DNA of 64,000 nt, from NCBI GenBank assembly GCA_003427395.1, contig BFEA01000036.1, positions 2,190,241-2,254,240 on the forward strand. The letters are read 5' to 3'. The stretch is from Chara braunii. Taxonomy: Eukaryota > Plantae > Charophyceae. Below the pieces are notes generated by a model. It was not told where the DNA came from. It saw only the letters and a list, made by a program, of their open reading frames with translations, and made no database searches. Position numbers and translations under genes: made by a program. Shown here piece by piece: positions 24,490-37,947 of the stretch (positions within the stretch are counted from its first letter, which is position 1; every line of letters starts with the position of its first letter).

Positions 24490-25947
24490 ATGAACGAAAC
24501 TGACAAGGCTGTGATCTACAGTTGGCAGCGCCTGCGATGTGAGCGGTCGGAGGTACGGATCCGCCCGTGGGTGCCACAGCGATGGCTGGGTCCGGAGAAA
24601 AGGAGAGCACAACTGATGCAGGACTGCTACTGGGTGGAATTTCGTCATATCCCGGTCAAAATTTAAGCGGCCTTCGTGTATGACTTCAGAATGATGTATG
24701 CCATTGTGGCTTTTATCGATCCCCTCCCCTCGTTTGTTGCAAAAAGGGCTGATCACTTAATGCTGGCCCTCGACTTTCCCCCGGGCCAGCCTTTCTCCCT
24801 CGATGATGTGATTCTGTACAGAGTAGGGGGAAAGGAATACATGATCCATACTGCGCATAAGATGTGGCCGTGGTGTCCCAAATGCAGAGCGTACGGACAC
24901 CTCAGCACGGAATTCACCTGCCCGCTGCACCCACAGAAGAGGACCCGAACATCCGGGGGACTATTACGGGATCCGAACAAGGTAACCCACTGGCGTGCTG
25001 TGGACCAGGGACATGAGGGATGGGTATATGTGGAGGACCGAACAAAAGAGGGCGCCCCGAGGGGGTGGGTGTGGGAAAAAACGGGAGCCCAGTACGGAGC
25101 AGAAGGAAGGAAGTTGTGGAAGGAATCCCAGGGGTGTTATGGGCCCCGATGCGAAACAATACGTCCCAGCAAATGTACAAACAGGGGAAAGCAGTTCTCT
25201 AGAACACAGGAACGAGGACGGCGCATACACCTCAAGACAGCCAAGCGAGGAGGCTGTGACAAAGAACACAACACCAGCAGAACCCCTCCCGGTCACTCAC
25301 CAGACAGATCCCCCAGCACCGATAGAACCAGATCAGACCGGAATGCAGAAGAGCACGAAAGAATGGATGGGGAATTGGGGAAACACGGGAAGGAGAGGTC
25401 CGGGCGACAGGAGGAAACTGGGAAGGGATCGTATCGAGACCAGATGGTGGACACCGGCCCTTTCCAAGCCGCCTTTGATCCCGAGCCGATGGACGTAGAC
25501 CCCCTCCCGGACAGCGCCAGTGCATCACCCGAGGGGCTGGCCCCCGGTAGGGAGGAAGAAGCAGGGGAGGAAGGGGCCCCGCCTCAGCACATAGCCGTGG
25601 AACAAAAGCTGGTCGCCATCGCAGACTGGCTCATGAATAGTCTGAAAGCAAAGTATGGCCCCCTCACTGATGAATTTTGGGACAAAACATATTTAGATTT
25701 GTTCCCTATGCTGGATACGAGCATTTCACTTAAATGCGTGCTTGAACAAGGGCTGCAGTCGGGGGTGGGGTGGACGGAAGCATGGCACAGACTAGCCACC
25801 ATAGTTTTCTCACGCTTTCAACCACCCCACCCAGCCACTGACAGCTGGGGGGAGGAGGAAAATGGAACAAAATTTGGAAAAGGAAGATGGAGAAGAAGGG
25901 AAAATACAACCCCCCCCGCCCTCACAGCCGTCCACACCCCCCCCTGA
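24490..25947 (+). pseudogene. LINE ORF1 (gag-like) with CCHC knuckle
   Basis: WVEFRHIP motif followed by CPKCRAYGHLSTEFTC; in-frame stop at ~24666. Confidence 0.75.
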
Positions 25948-26627
25948 CCCTGCGCCCCCGGACCCAGAAGAAAATACACCATTGGACTTGGTACAAAGAA
26001 GGAAACTTAGACATCTAGTCGAGTTAGGTCATGACACGGGGGCCGGGGCCATTGTCACAAACCGCACTGCTCTTGATTCCCGTGCGTAAAAAGGACGGGA
26101 AATGGGAGGTAGGCACGTCCCCAGCCGGGAAGGGCAGGCAAGGTGGCCTCAGGTTACAGGGTCTATCCTCCTTTTGAGCGGACCCGAAGAACTGCCAAAC
26201 ATAAGCAGCAATACGGATCCTACAGATGCATATGGAGACATACATTGCAGACACCCTCCCACGAGGGGTGCAGGCCATGACATCCGTAACATCCGGCTCT
26301 AAAAAATCGCCCTAAGGGACATGTACATCCGCTTTGACCCAGCCAAAGATGCTGGACTGAAGTGGCACACCCACTCCCAACTTTTGGAACTGCAGACAGT
26401 CAAGATCAGGTCCAGTGAGACGTGGACAGAGCAGGACGTCCAAAGATGCCTTAGTGTTATTCTAAGGCTGGGCTTATTGGCGGGTACAACCTGGTGGGAC
26501 TGGGAACAACTGCCGTGGGCCCGTTTAGGGACCTAAAGACAAACATGATTGACAAGATTGATATGGACCCAGTCAAAGCGGTGTACAGAAAGGATCGAAT
26601 CTGGAATCAATGCCAACGAGCAGCAGA

Positions 26628-29600
26628 CTTGGATCTGCGGTCCCTCAACGTCAATGGCCTTGCATCCTGCAAAATGGACAAATAGAACGCAATATGGGAT
26701 CTGATGAGGGGGGTGGGGGGCAGAAATTGGCCAGATGTTGTATGCATCCAAGAAACACACTTAATGGACACCCCAAAACACAACCACATTCATAAAAGGA
26801 TATGGTATTACAAGGCAATCAGGGCATATGCCCCAAGACCTGGGAGCGTCGGGGTAGCCATCTTGATCCCCCCAGAATCCTGGGCGGACCCGGTACTTTG
26901 GGTGGTTGATCAGAAAGGGGGCCAATGGGTGTCAATTTTGGTTACCTGGGAATTGAAGATTGTTTGTATACTGTGCATGTACGCCCCGAAAACTGAGAGG
27001 GAGAGAAGGGTATTTTTCGAGAGCTTGAAAGCACAAATCCTGGTTGGGGTCCCAAGAATTATAGCGGCCGATTGTAACGCAGCCCCCGACTGCTGGATGG
27101 ACAGATGGAAAACACCCTTGCCGGCCCCGTCGTACATAGAGGAGGACGAACGAATAATAGAGGATTTATGCTTCTCACTAACTATTTTTGGAAACTTAAC
27201 CCGGATGCCCGATTTTATTCATGCTCACGTAAAACTGGGACTGACGCCCAATCAAGGTCAATAATAGACCTCATTCTAATTTCGGAGGACATGGGGGGAT
27301 CGCTGCTGCTGGCAGCAATCTTACCCGCTAGCCCGCATCCGGGCCTGGATCATAAAATGTGCACCAGAATTTTCTCGTTCCACAAGAAACTTGATCATAG
27401 GGCTGACTTTTATAAACTTAACATATTCACCTTGCAACAGAAGTCCTTTCAAAACTACATCAAGGACTGTTGGGAGTTTTGGCACACGCAAAAAAAACAC
27501 ATACCGCACGAAACAAACTGGTTCAACAACAGACTACTATGCCTGGGTAAGAAGTGCTGAGAATACTCAAAATTAGTAATGGCTCGGAAAAATCAACAGG
27601 AAATGGAAATCCACAACCGTCTCCAACAACTCGAATGAAAACAAAATCCTGAAAACCTCAGAGTCGAGCATCTCTAAACGATCAGTCCGAATTACAATCC
27701 CTACGACAACAACTTCATATTTTCGCAACGTAACGCTGGGAGGGAACACGTATCAGAGGACGACTGACACGCCATGAAATGGAAGGGTCAATGGACAAAA
27801 AATTCTTCAGCCTGACCCGTGCACGTGCACACAGAACGACGATAGAGGCGCTATATGATCCACAGTCAGGAAGTCAAGAAGTAGCGACCTCCACAACGCA
27901 GTGCATGCAAATCGCAAGATCCTTTTTCAAAGATCTGTTCATTTCAAGATGCACTGGACGGGAGGTGGCCACCATGGAAAAAGAGATAACAAATTTTATA
28001 GAGCCAATGAGGAAGGCACTGTCGGGCCAGCAAAAAGAGCAATTGGACAGACCCTTATCCAAGGAGGAAATCTGGACAGCCCTGATGCAGATGGAAGAGG
28101 AAAACCCCCCGGGTGTGGACGGGTTGCCAAAAAAGTTTTGAGAAACGTTTTGGACATGAATGGGCCCGGACCTCATGGGGTTCTACCATCACGTGTGGGA
28201 AACAGGGCACATGGGGGAGTTGGTAGGGCAGGGGGTCCTCACCTTTCTACAAAAAAAAAACGACATGACGGACATTAAAAACTAACGTTCAATAACTTCG
28301 CTCACAATTATCTACAAAATGCTAGCAAAGGCCTTGGCAAACCGCCTGATTCCGGTTTTGGAAGACATTATTCACCCGACACAGGCTGGGTTTGTCAAGG
28401 GTCGTAGGATCCACGATAATATTTTGCTGGTCAATGAGATCCTCAAGCTAACAAGGCAAGACAAACACAACGCTGCTGTGGTCTTCATCAACTTCGAGAA
28501 AGCATATGACCACGTGGACTGGATGTTCTTAGATAGGTGCATGCAGAAAATGAATACTGGGTCAACCTTTCAACGCTTGACTGAGATTCTACACCACAAC
28601 GCTACGACGAGTATCCAGGTCAATGGACTGATGACACCAGTAATCTCGCTGCAACTGTCGGTCCGCCAAGGAGACCCCTTGGCTCCCTTTCTATTCATCA
28701 TTGTGATGGAGGCATTGGCAGCGAACCTCCGCACTAACAAAGACCTTAAAAAATTACAGATCTCCGCCATCCCTGAGGAGGCGATCCCCATATGTTTGAT
28801 GTTCGCGGATGATTTGATGGTTATGGTGGACGCCACCCCCGAGAACATGGAAGAGATTAAGCAATTGTTCGATCGATTTACGACAGTCTCAAACATGAAT
28901 ATCAACCGGGGGAATAAAACACTTGGACGGTGGATCCATCACCAAGGAATGCGCCCGCTGAAATAGTCGTGGGTCAAATGGCTACCGAAAAACGCCTCGG
29001 TCAGAGTATTGGGCATAATGCTGACAACATTGGGGAAGTCGGCATCGAACGACAAATGGATTCTCAAACGAGCACTGGAAAAATTGACACGCTGAACTGA
29101 CAAACACACATCTTTGGTTGGTAGAGCACTGACAATCAACAACGCGGTTCTAGCAACCCTCTGGTATAGGTCTGTGCTTACGTAGCATCGCGTTCGGGCT
29201 CGGTGACTGAACCCAAACGCTCGGTACCGAACCCGAACATGGACCAAATTCGACCGAGCCCGAACATTTTTATTTCTTTTATTGTTTTTTTTTTTTTTTA
29301 ACATAAATAGGGGTTGGGGGACCTCTAGGGGCGTTGCTCATCACTCTTGAACATATACACACACATACACACACACACACCACACACGAACACATACACA
29401 CCCACACACACCCCATACACCACACACACACGAGGACGCGTTCGGTAGCCCCCTGATTTGTGCTCAGCCGAACACATTCGGTTCCCACTCGACCGAGCAT
29501 CCGAACATGTTCCGCTGCTCGGTGGGGCGCCGAACATGTTCGTTGTGCTTTGGGCCCTAAACAAAGGAACGGTTAGATCAAATCACCGCCTTGCTGTGGA

Positions 29601-31458
29601 GAGGCAACAGTGAGCTTCCAAATGTCGTAAGTAGGGTGGCTTGGTCATCGTTGATTCAACCCAAGGACAAAGGGGGTTTGGGCATCCTAGACCCAAATAC
29701 ATAGGTGGCTTCGCTGATGGTACAATGAATCAGAAGACAGGTATTTACGACAGACCTTCCCTGGTATACCCTTTCTCTATAAAAAATTGCTAGACTGGCA
29801 CCACAAGCACCACGAGGTGTGGATCCCCTGACCTGGCTAGAGGACCGATACTGGCCCATACCATGGCACCCTCAGGTCGACAAGGACTCCACTCGGGGAA
29901 CAGCGAGGAGTGACCTGGCCAAAGATGACTTCTAGCCCCGGGTACTGAAGGCCTGGCGCCAACAACCGTTGCTAGAAAAAAACACGCCGAACAGATGGGA
30001 AGAGGTGACGACGCAACCCCAGCAACAGAAATATCACTGATAGAAATGACAGGGTACACCGTAGTTCGGACCCCCCATGGAGCAGCTGGGTCAGAAACGA
30101 GACAGTGAGGATCAAAGACATATGGGTCCCAACGCGAACAAACTGGAAAACGGCGCCACAATTGAGGGTTCAGATGAGGTACTGTCATGATATTGAAAGG
30201 AACCTAGAAACACTAATCTTTGACATCCCTGTTGGCTGGGTGCGCACTCTTCGAAAAGGACCGCGGTCGCAGTCCCGGACGACACGGAAAGCGTGAGCAA
30301 TGTGGTGGAAGTGCGGGCAGGCGAATCCTTGGTCAACCTCTTCCATAAGGAAAAGGGCAGTATTCTCACCAGGTACACTCCGGACGCAGTGAGGTGGTGG
30401 AAGAACGAGGAGTTGCACAGAACCCGTGGACTGAGACACAAACACGAATGGATCGCATTCCGCCCCGGAACATTCCTTGCTGAACTCCCCTTCGACCCGG
30501 ATGAGTGACACTGGGTGCCCGCACGAAGAACACCAACCAATCCAAACATAAATTTCTTTAGCTTGTCAGTGAAGGCCACTTACCGGCTGCTGCGGCCAAA
30601 GGTGAACCTTAAGGAGATGGTAAAAGCCTGCTGGATAGCCCACCTGAACATAAGTCAGGGGACCGTCCACCCTATCTGGTGGTTTTCAACCATGAGATCC
30701 AATCCGGCCAAATTCGCCTCGCTGCAGTGGCAGATAGAGCATCGTTGCCTCCCGGCAAATAATTGGTTGATAGACCGCACGTTCCTGGAGCAGAAGGGCC
30801 TGGCGCTCCCCTACTGCAAATCTTGCCATAACGCCTTCCCCTCCTGTAAGATCTCAGAAACTATAGAACACATCTTCCTATAGTGCCCAGGGGCGGTTCT
30901 CACTTGGCATTGGTGGGATAGGATACGGAGCCTCCTGGGCACCGGATCGACTTGGCCGTGGGACTGATGGCGCTGCTCTGTGAAGAATGGACCTCCCCCC
31001 AAGACAGCGATTTTGAAAACAACATGTTCAAGATCGGGAGGAGAGCGGTTATTCGGGCACTTTGGAGGAAGCGCTGCACATACTCCATTGAGGGAGTTAG
31101 CATGGAAGGAGAAGAAGTAACGGAAATAATAAAACAGTATATACAGCAAGAGCTCCTCTCACAATGGCAGAAGGCCAAAAACCAATTACAAACATATCAC
31201 TCAAAGAAAGACATCACACAAACAATCAATCAATTCTCAGGGGACTGGCTAGGTAGCGAGAAAGAAGGCTGGATTGCCTATATCCGATGGGAGGGTGGAC
31301 AGTCTCCCGGGCAGGAGCAGGTGGACTTCAGGAGAGACTGCTGCATCTGCTTCAAGGGGGACCAAGGAGTGCCGATGCGCTCACCCACAGAGTTCCCGGA
31401 CCCGTTCCCTCCCCATCAACTGTCGTTGGTGGATATGCAATGGTATGGTGCAGAATAA
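26628..31458 (+). pseudogene. LINE ORF2 (APE endonuclease - RT - zinc finger), disrupted
   Basis: LRSLNVNGL, CIQETH, MYAP, ADCN, IDLILIS, LDH; PGVDG, YKMLAKALANRL, QAGFVKGR, FEKAYDHVDW, RQGDPLAPFLF, FADD; PKDKGGLGI; CKSC..ETIEHIFL*C. Confidence 0.92.
29180..29542. mobile_element. MITE inserted in LINE ORF2
   Basis: Flanked by CTGTGCTT / TTGTGCTT; CCGAA/TTCGG subterminal repeats; removal restores LWYRSVLW; TIRs imperfect. Confidence 0.65.
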
Positions 31459-31848
31459 GCAAAGCTTGGAGTTCTGTAATGCAGATTGAAGAGCCTTTGG
31501 AGAGTTTAGGGCTTAGATTGAAAAGAGGGTTTTAGTGAAACCAACAGAAATCAACTGTCGCAGCTTGCTCTAGAGGCACATGTAATAACTGACAGCCATA
31601 CAGCTGAGAGAAGTGACCAGTGACGGATTAGGCACACAAATCCATACAAAAGACTAGCTACGACAGGCTAACTTAGGCAGGGGTGAGGGGTGGTACATCC
31701 TTCCTACTGGAAGTAATCAATGCCGTCCAATCGAGCCTCTCAACCATAATGGGGAGGAGCGTGGGGTGAGTCAACCTTGTACTATTCATTGACTTGCCGG
31801 GGGAATAGAAACCGGACTGTCACTCCCCAGAATGGCATGAGCCAGAAC

Positions 31849-31885
<37 letters not shown>

Positions 31886-32117
31886 GGCTGCTTTGTTAGT
31901 GCTTCCTTGTGCTTCGCTGCGCCGTGGCCTAGTTGCTCATCCGCTTATATTGCCTAGTCTCTCCATGCAGCGTACCTGTTTGCCCTGTGGTTTGGCTGTG
32001 CTGTCAGCGCTGCCTTAAAGCCCACTGCACTGTTGCCCACTGCACTGTTACTTTGCTGCTTGTGCTGCAGTCTGTCCGCCTTCAACACGAGTGACTCAAA
32101 GCGACAATATGCCAATA

Positions 32118-32185
32118 TGGGAATTCCACAGGGTGTCGAAGGTTCAGTCTTCTGATGAGTTGGTGCAGCAACTGCCAGCAAGCCA
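32118..32185 (+). repeat. Degenerate copy of the hammerhead-bearing repeat
   Basis: GGGAATTCCACAGGGTGTCGAAGGTTCAGTCTTCTGATGAGTTGGTG aligns with GGGGATTCTGCAGACTGTTGAGGGTTCAGCCTCCTGATGAGTCGGTG. Confidence 0.6.
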
Positions 32186-32841
32186 TCATCATTAGTTTTC
32201 GTTTTTTTGGGTCTTTTGATGTTTTCTGGTACTCGTGCTTTTTGCCTTTTCCCTTGTTGCCTTGTCCTGTTTGTCTGCTCACCATGCCCTCCAGCCTGTG
32301 TGCCTTGCTTTCGTCCTGTCCGTTGGCCATGGTCTTTGTCTCTTTTTTTTTTGTAGTTATATTTTTTTGCCCTTTCCGTTGTTGGCATGACCTGCTGCCC
32401 ACACGCCTCCGCCATGCCCTTCAGCGAGCCTGTGTGCCTTGCTGTGGCTTGTTGTTCAAGGCCTCGCTGCCTACCTACCCTTTGCTTTACTGTCTTCTGC
32501 TTCACTTGCCCGTGGGATTTGATGTTTTCCCTACTCACGTAAGGTCCCATGCGAGCAGCCTATGCATGTCCTGAATTGGTGTGGCGATGTTTGGGCTCGG
32601 CAACCTTCCTCTCCATCGTACTTTCTATCCTGATAAGTGCCGAAAACTTGGAGCATGGTGGTGCGGTGTTCATACCATGACATGCATACAGTTACTATTG
32701 CACAATACACACATATCAGTGATGATATCACACACACCCGCACACACACAGATTATGCAACCTCGTGCTGGGCCAGTGAAAAACCGACGAAACAGTCTGG
32801 CACAATCACGCTTTCTCATTGGAGATATGTACAGCAAGCAC

Positions 32842-32904
<63 letters not shown>

Positions 32905-33393
32905 ACATCGGGCGGTTGAACGGTGACAGGGACAGGAGCACGACCTCAGGCTGAGCAGACGAGGCGGGCTCTGTAATAAGTGCGGTGTTCTCTTTCTCTC
33001 GCCTTTGTTGTTTTTCCTTTTTCCTTTTTCCGATTCTTCTTGTTTTGTCCTCCTTTTTCTTCTTCCCTTTTTCTTTTTTCCTTTTTTCTTTTCTTTTTTT
33101 GTCTTTTCTCTTTTCTTTTTTCTTTTTTCTTCTTTTCTTCTTTTCTTTTCTTCTTCCCCCCCCCTGTTTTTACCCCCCTGATACGCACATGCACGCCCCT
33201 CCCTGCAGTATGTCCCTTACTGCTTCGTCGGCCCTCCACCACCACCTCCCCACCCACCCCACCCCTATTTTTTCCTTACTTTGAATAAGGCTCGCCTCTG
33301 GTCACCCCTTCCGAAGAACGTGATTAGGCACACACCCCACACATGGATAGGACCGAGGCCCTTCCCATGAAGATGACCGCCCCCCCGACGGCN

Positions 33394-34678
33394 TGTAAGA
33401 ATAGTGCAGATACATAGGGAACCGGGGGATGTCGCGCACTCAGAACAGGGCCGGTTCGTGAGCCAGGCCATGGGCCGATTGTAGCCTAGTTTGCTTGATG
33501 GTTTTGCATTTTCTCCTTTTTATTTTTATTTTTCCTATTCTTTTTTCTTCTTTCTTCTTTTTTTCTTTTTTCTTTTTTCTGTTCGTTTTTTGCTAAGTAG
33601 GTACTCTGGAATAAACGGATGGATGTGTGAGGAGGCTTGCATTGGAAGGCCACGATCTCCGATGGAGGAGCAACTATATTAGGACCAGACGTAGGTAAGA
33701 CTGTTCATAGGTCCGGGCGCGGTGCGTTCTGGTTTTGCGGGTTCTTGGGTGAGGCGGCGCACGGCATGGACTTCTTCGACGACTGGGACCAGGTGGAGGA
33801 GCAGCCGGAGGCGGAAGACGCGGTAACGATCCTGGCGTGAGGACTCTCTCGTCAATTTCCTGCTGCCCCGACCGGACCTCGACCACGCACCATGCAAGCG
33901 GACGCGACCTGCCTTGCGCAACCTGCCCTGCTCCCTCCGGGCTCAATCACGCCAACGCTGGGCGCAGGCCTGGCCCTCCTCTTCCTCCTCACCTTACTCC
34001 CCAACCTCGCCATTGCCTGCATGCTCACGGCCGCTNTGTAAGAATAGTGCAGATACATAGGGAACCGGGGGATGTCGCGCACTCAGAACAGGGCCGGTTC
34101 GTGAGCCAGGCCATGGGCCGATTGTAGCCTAGTTTGCTTGATGGTTTTGCATTTTCTCCTTTTTATTTTTATTTTTCCTATTCTTTTTTCTTCTTTCTTC
34201 TTTTTTTCTTTTTTCTTTTTTCTGTTCGTTTTTTGCTAAGTAGGTACTCTGGAATAAACGGATGGATGTGTGAGGAGGCTTGCATTGGAAGGCCACGATC
34301 TCCGATGGAGGAGCAACTATATTAGGACCAGACGTAGGTAAGACTGTTCATAGGTCCGGGCGCGGTGCGTTCTGGTTTTGCGGGTTCTTGGGTGAGGCGG
34401 CGCACGGCATGGACTTCTTCGACGACTGGGACCAGGTGGAGGAGCAGCCGGAGGCGGAAGACGCGGTAACGATCCTGGCGTGAGGACTCTCTCGTCAATT
34501 TCCTGCTGCCCCGACCGGACCTCGACCACGCACCATGCAAGCGGACGCGACCTGCCTTGCGCAACCTGCCCTGCTCCCTCCGGGCTCAATCACGCCAACG
34601 CTGGGCGCAGGCCTGGCCCTCCTCTTCCTCCTCACCTTACTCCCCAACCTCGCCATTGCCTGCATGCTCACGGCCGCT
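33394..34678. repeat. Apparently identical 643-bp tandem duplication, probably an assembly artefact
   Basis: 33394-34035 matches 34037-34678 with identical ORF translations; single N at both junctions. Confidence 0.85.
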
Positions 34679-36252
34679 TGCCTCTCCGAGAGAGTCTTTC
34701 TGTATGCTTCCTCTAAGGGCTTCGCGCTGCTGATAGCGTGCACTATCTGCTTCATCTCCTTGTTCCTAGCCTGCTGCTGCTGCCTCTTTTTCGCGATCGG
34801 AGCTGCTTTCGGTTGGCGCGCGCTGGTTGAGTAGCGCACGGCGGGAGCAATGGAGTTGAAGGGCGCAATAGGGACTTCTCCACACGTTTTCTTGGCCTTT
34901 CTTTCCTTCCTGTCCTTCCTATCCTTTCTGTTCTTCATATACTCCCTCCCTTCTCTCCCGCCGCCTGGATGCTGTTCCCCCCTCCCCTCCCCCTTGAATT
35001 CCCCCTCCCCCGTCTTGACCACTGCCACCGCCCCCCACGCTCCCCCTCGCCACGCCCCCCCTCGCACTTCCACGACCCCTCCACCTTCCAAAGACCATGG
35101 AAGATGCTCCCCCTCCCCCCTCTGATGACGCCCCAGATGGCATGGGGCAGAAAAGCGCTTTAGGGATTTGCCATGCCCTCCCTGCGATTCGGCGAGATGG
35201 TCTGTGCGGAGGCAGGAGCACGATGGGCCTGGAGGATAGAGCTGAAGCAGGGTTTCCTTTTTTCCCCCCCGCCCCCCCTCCCCTTCTTTTCTTGACCACC
35301 ATCCTTCCCCCGTTGCCCCTTCCCCTTCCTGGCTATTCGAAGAGTTACGTGGATGGTACTTGGCAGCGAGGAATGATTTGGCTTTAATTGACTTGGCGCT
35401 CTATTCATTTTTCGCAGCGATTCGCGAAGTTTGTTTTTCTATTGTCTATTTGCGCTTCTTCGAAATGGGCGTGCATCTTGGGATCTACAATTGAAAAAGG
35501 ACTGGGGATAATAGTAATTGGCCTATGGATGATGCATGGATGGCTCGTTTTCAACCTTCTTTACTCTCTTATTGTCTCTCGGTTTTCCTCTGGAGTGTTT
35601 TGCTCTCATCACTCTCTTCCCTTCTCCTCCTGAGAGACAGAAGCATATGGCATCTGAGTGTTTGGTCGAGGGAGGGCATGCATGTTTTCCTTCTCTCCTT
35701 CTCTCCTTCTCTCCTTCCCCTCCTCTCTCGCTCGTTCTCTCCGGAATTATTGTATGACTTATGATCAGTGCTTGGAATGGACTATGATTGCAGACTGCAT
35801 CCGCCGCTTCTTGAATGACTCCCCCTTGCTTTATATCGTCGTCAGTTTTGGTTCCCGTTTTAGCTTCTCTCCCCTCTCAATAAGGCGTATAGCGCCAGTA
35901 GTAGTTCTTTGCATTTTTGGCAAGAAAGATTGTGATATGCTGTACGTATGATCTATGTATGGGATCATTCCTTCTGGAAAGGCAGGCCTACGCCCGTTCT
36001 CCTTTCGCCCTGCGCCCTTCTTATGCACCCACTTACTTTCGGCTATACCGGCCTATTTCGCCCTCGCTACAGACGGACACACTGTTTGGCTTTACCCTGC
36101 CGCGTTTGTGAATCGCCTCCGCGCCTTGTCTATTGCCTGCGGTGTGCCGACATGGTCGGAGCAGTACAGGTATGACGTGTCGTACCTGTACGCATCTCAT
36201 GTTACACACACATGTCACACACACACACACACACACACTATGACACACACAA

Positions 36253-36309
<57 letters not shown>

Positions 36310-37184
36310 GCCACACACACACCATGACACACACACACACACACGAACAAGCAAACAAACAAACAAAAACAATCTCATACCTACAGGCAGACATATGAGT
36401 GATACGAAGGGGAAAGTAGACGAGTGATTCGAAGAGTGTTTAATGGAAAACTCTTCAAGGAGACACATTGGGAAATTTGGGATCCATCCTGGGAATAAAT
36501 GTCTGTCATCCACAGCCTGCAGGATTCGCAGGACACCTTAGTTCCATGCGTAAATGAGCTGAAGAGCTCAATGAAAGCCTGAAGAAGTGTCAAACATTTG
36601 AATCAGCTCCTTCTCCCCATTCTTGTTAGATACTTCGAAGTATCAATACTGATTTTATATATGACCTCTAAGAAAATATTGTCAGAATCCTCCCTCCTCC
36701 TTCCCCCCCCCCGAACATTACACATACAAGCCAACCAAATGAAATGCCCCGCGTCACCATGACAGTTATACTAGAACACACGACTAAGGCTACGCCATGG
36801 CATAGCAGGGGACTTCTTTGTCTACGTCACACCCAAGAAACCCATCAGTACATGCATCTGCAGCCTTGATTCAGATCTGTCAAACTAAAAAATAATAAAA
36901 TATCCAACCTGCTGTCATGTATCTAATGCCCAGCAAGCTAGAACGGCCAACAGGACAGCGGGCCAGAGCCCAGCAGACTGTCCGTGCCTGCCAAACTGTC
37001 CTATAAGGCTTAAAAGGGATATAAACCATAAATCCCTCTGAACAGTTAGTTAAACTTAGATTCTGATTCTCCGGCTGTATGTAGAAGAAGCACACAGCCA
37101 GAAGGCCAGGTACTGAGAACCACAGCAGGAAAAGTTGACACAGAAGTGACAGAAGCCAAAAACAGTGCTGAAACTGGGGGCACG

Positions 37185-37350
37185 TCAGTGTTCGGCAGTG
37201 TGTGCATAACCCGCGCCAGTTCAGTGTTCCACCATATGCATTAACCCGCGCGCCAGTTCAGTGTTCTGCAGTGTGCATCAACCCGCGTTAGTTCAGTGTT
37301 CTGCAGTATGCATTAACCCCCACGCCAGTTCAGTGTTCTGCAGTGTGCAC
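37185..37350. repeat. ~33-bp minisatellite, about 5 copies
   Basis: CAGTTCAGTGTTCTGCAGTRTGCATTAACCCGCG-like units. Confidence 0.85.
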
Positions 37351-37819
37351 AAATTGTGAGAAAGATGGCCACCAGATTCCCTTGAAAACCAGAATCCCAG
37401 TTCCAGGCAAAGGTAAAAAGCTGTGCACTTACAAGGCACAAACTGTGCCGAGCCGACAGTGAATGGATTGACACAACCGTGTTGTGAGAGTTGTGAGAGT
37501 CGTGAACCAGACGGTGTCACACACGGACCAACACGCTACGACTGTCATATATAGCCCCAGGTATCATACCGTGAATCTCGTGCGCGATCCTGATTAATCA
37601 GGTGCAGGAATCAGCCAGCCGCCTGATGATAGAGACCGACCAAACAGGCGACATCAGGGCAACTTTTGTCCAGTCCCGCTAGATGATTCAAAGTTTAGCA
37701 GTTGATGTTTAAGCTTCCAGTTTAATTTCTAAAGAGAGAACACTGGATGCTCCTCAGGAGCAGGACAAGACATTCTCACCTGGCAGATGTCTTCCACATG
37801 CTCAGCTGCACCTGACGTT

Positions 37820-37947
37820 GTCACATGAAGGTACTGCAAAAGAGCAGTGTCATCACATGGAGGTACTGCAAAAGCGGAGTGTCGTCACATGAAGGTACTG
37901 CAAAAGAGCAGTGTCGTCACATGAAGGTACTGCAAAAGAGCAGTGTT
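37820..37947. repeat. 32-bp minisatellite, 4 copies
   Basis: TCACATGAAGGTACTGCAAAAGAGCAGTGTCG at 37821, 37853, 37885, 37917. Confidence 0.9.

Larger units (their letters stand above)
24440..31883 (+). mobile_element. L1/Tx1-clade LINE, 5'-truncated, degenerate
   Basis: 14-bp TSD TCGGCTGCTTTGTT (24426-24439 and 31884-31897); 34-nt polyA 31850-31883; ORF1 zinc knuckle, APE endonuclease, RT and C-terminal zinc finger. Confidence 0.93.

Noticed and set aside
33394-34678. 643-bp tandem duplication as a biological repeat or LTR pair
   Set aside because: Copies look identical and each begins right after a single N, typical of scaffold overlap
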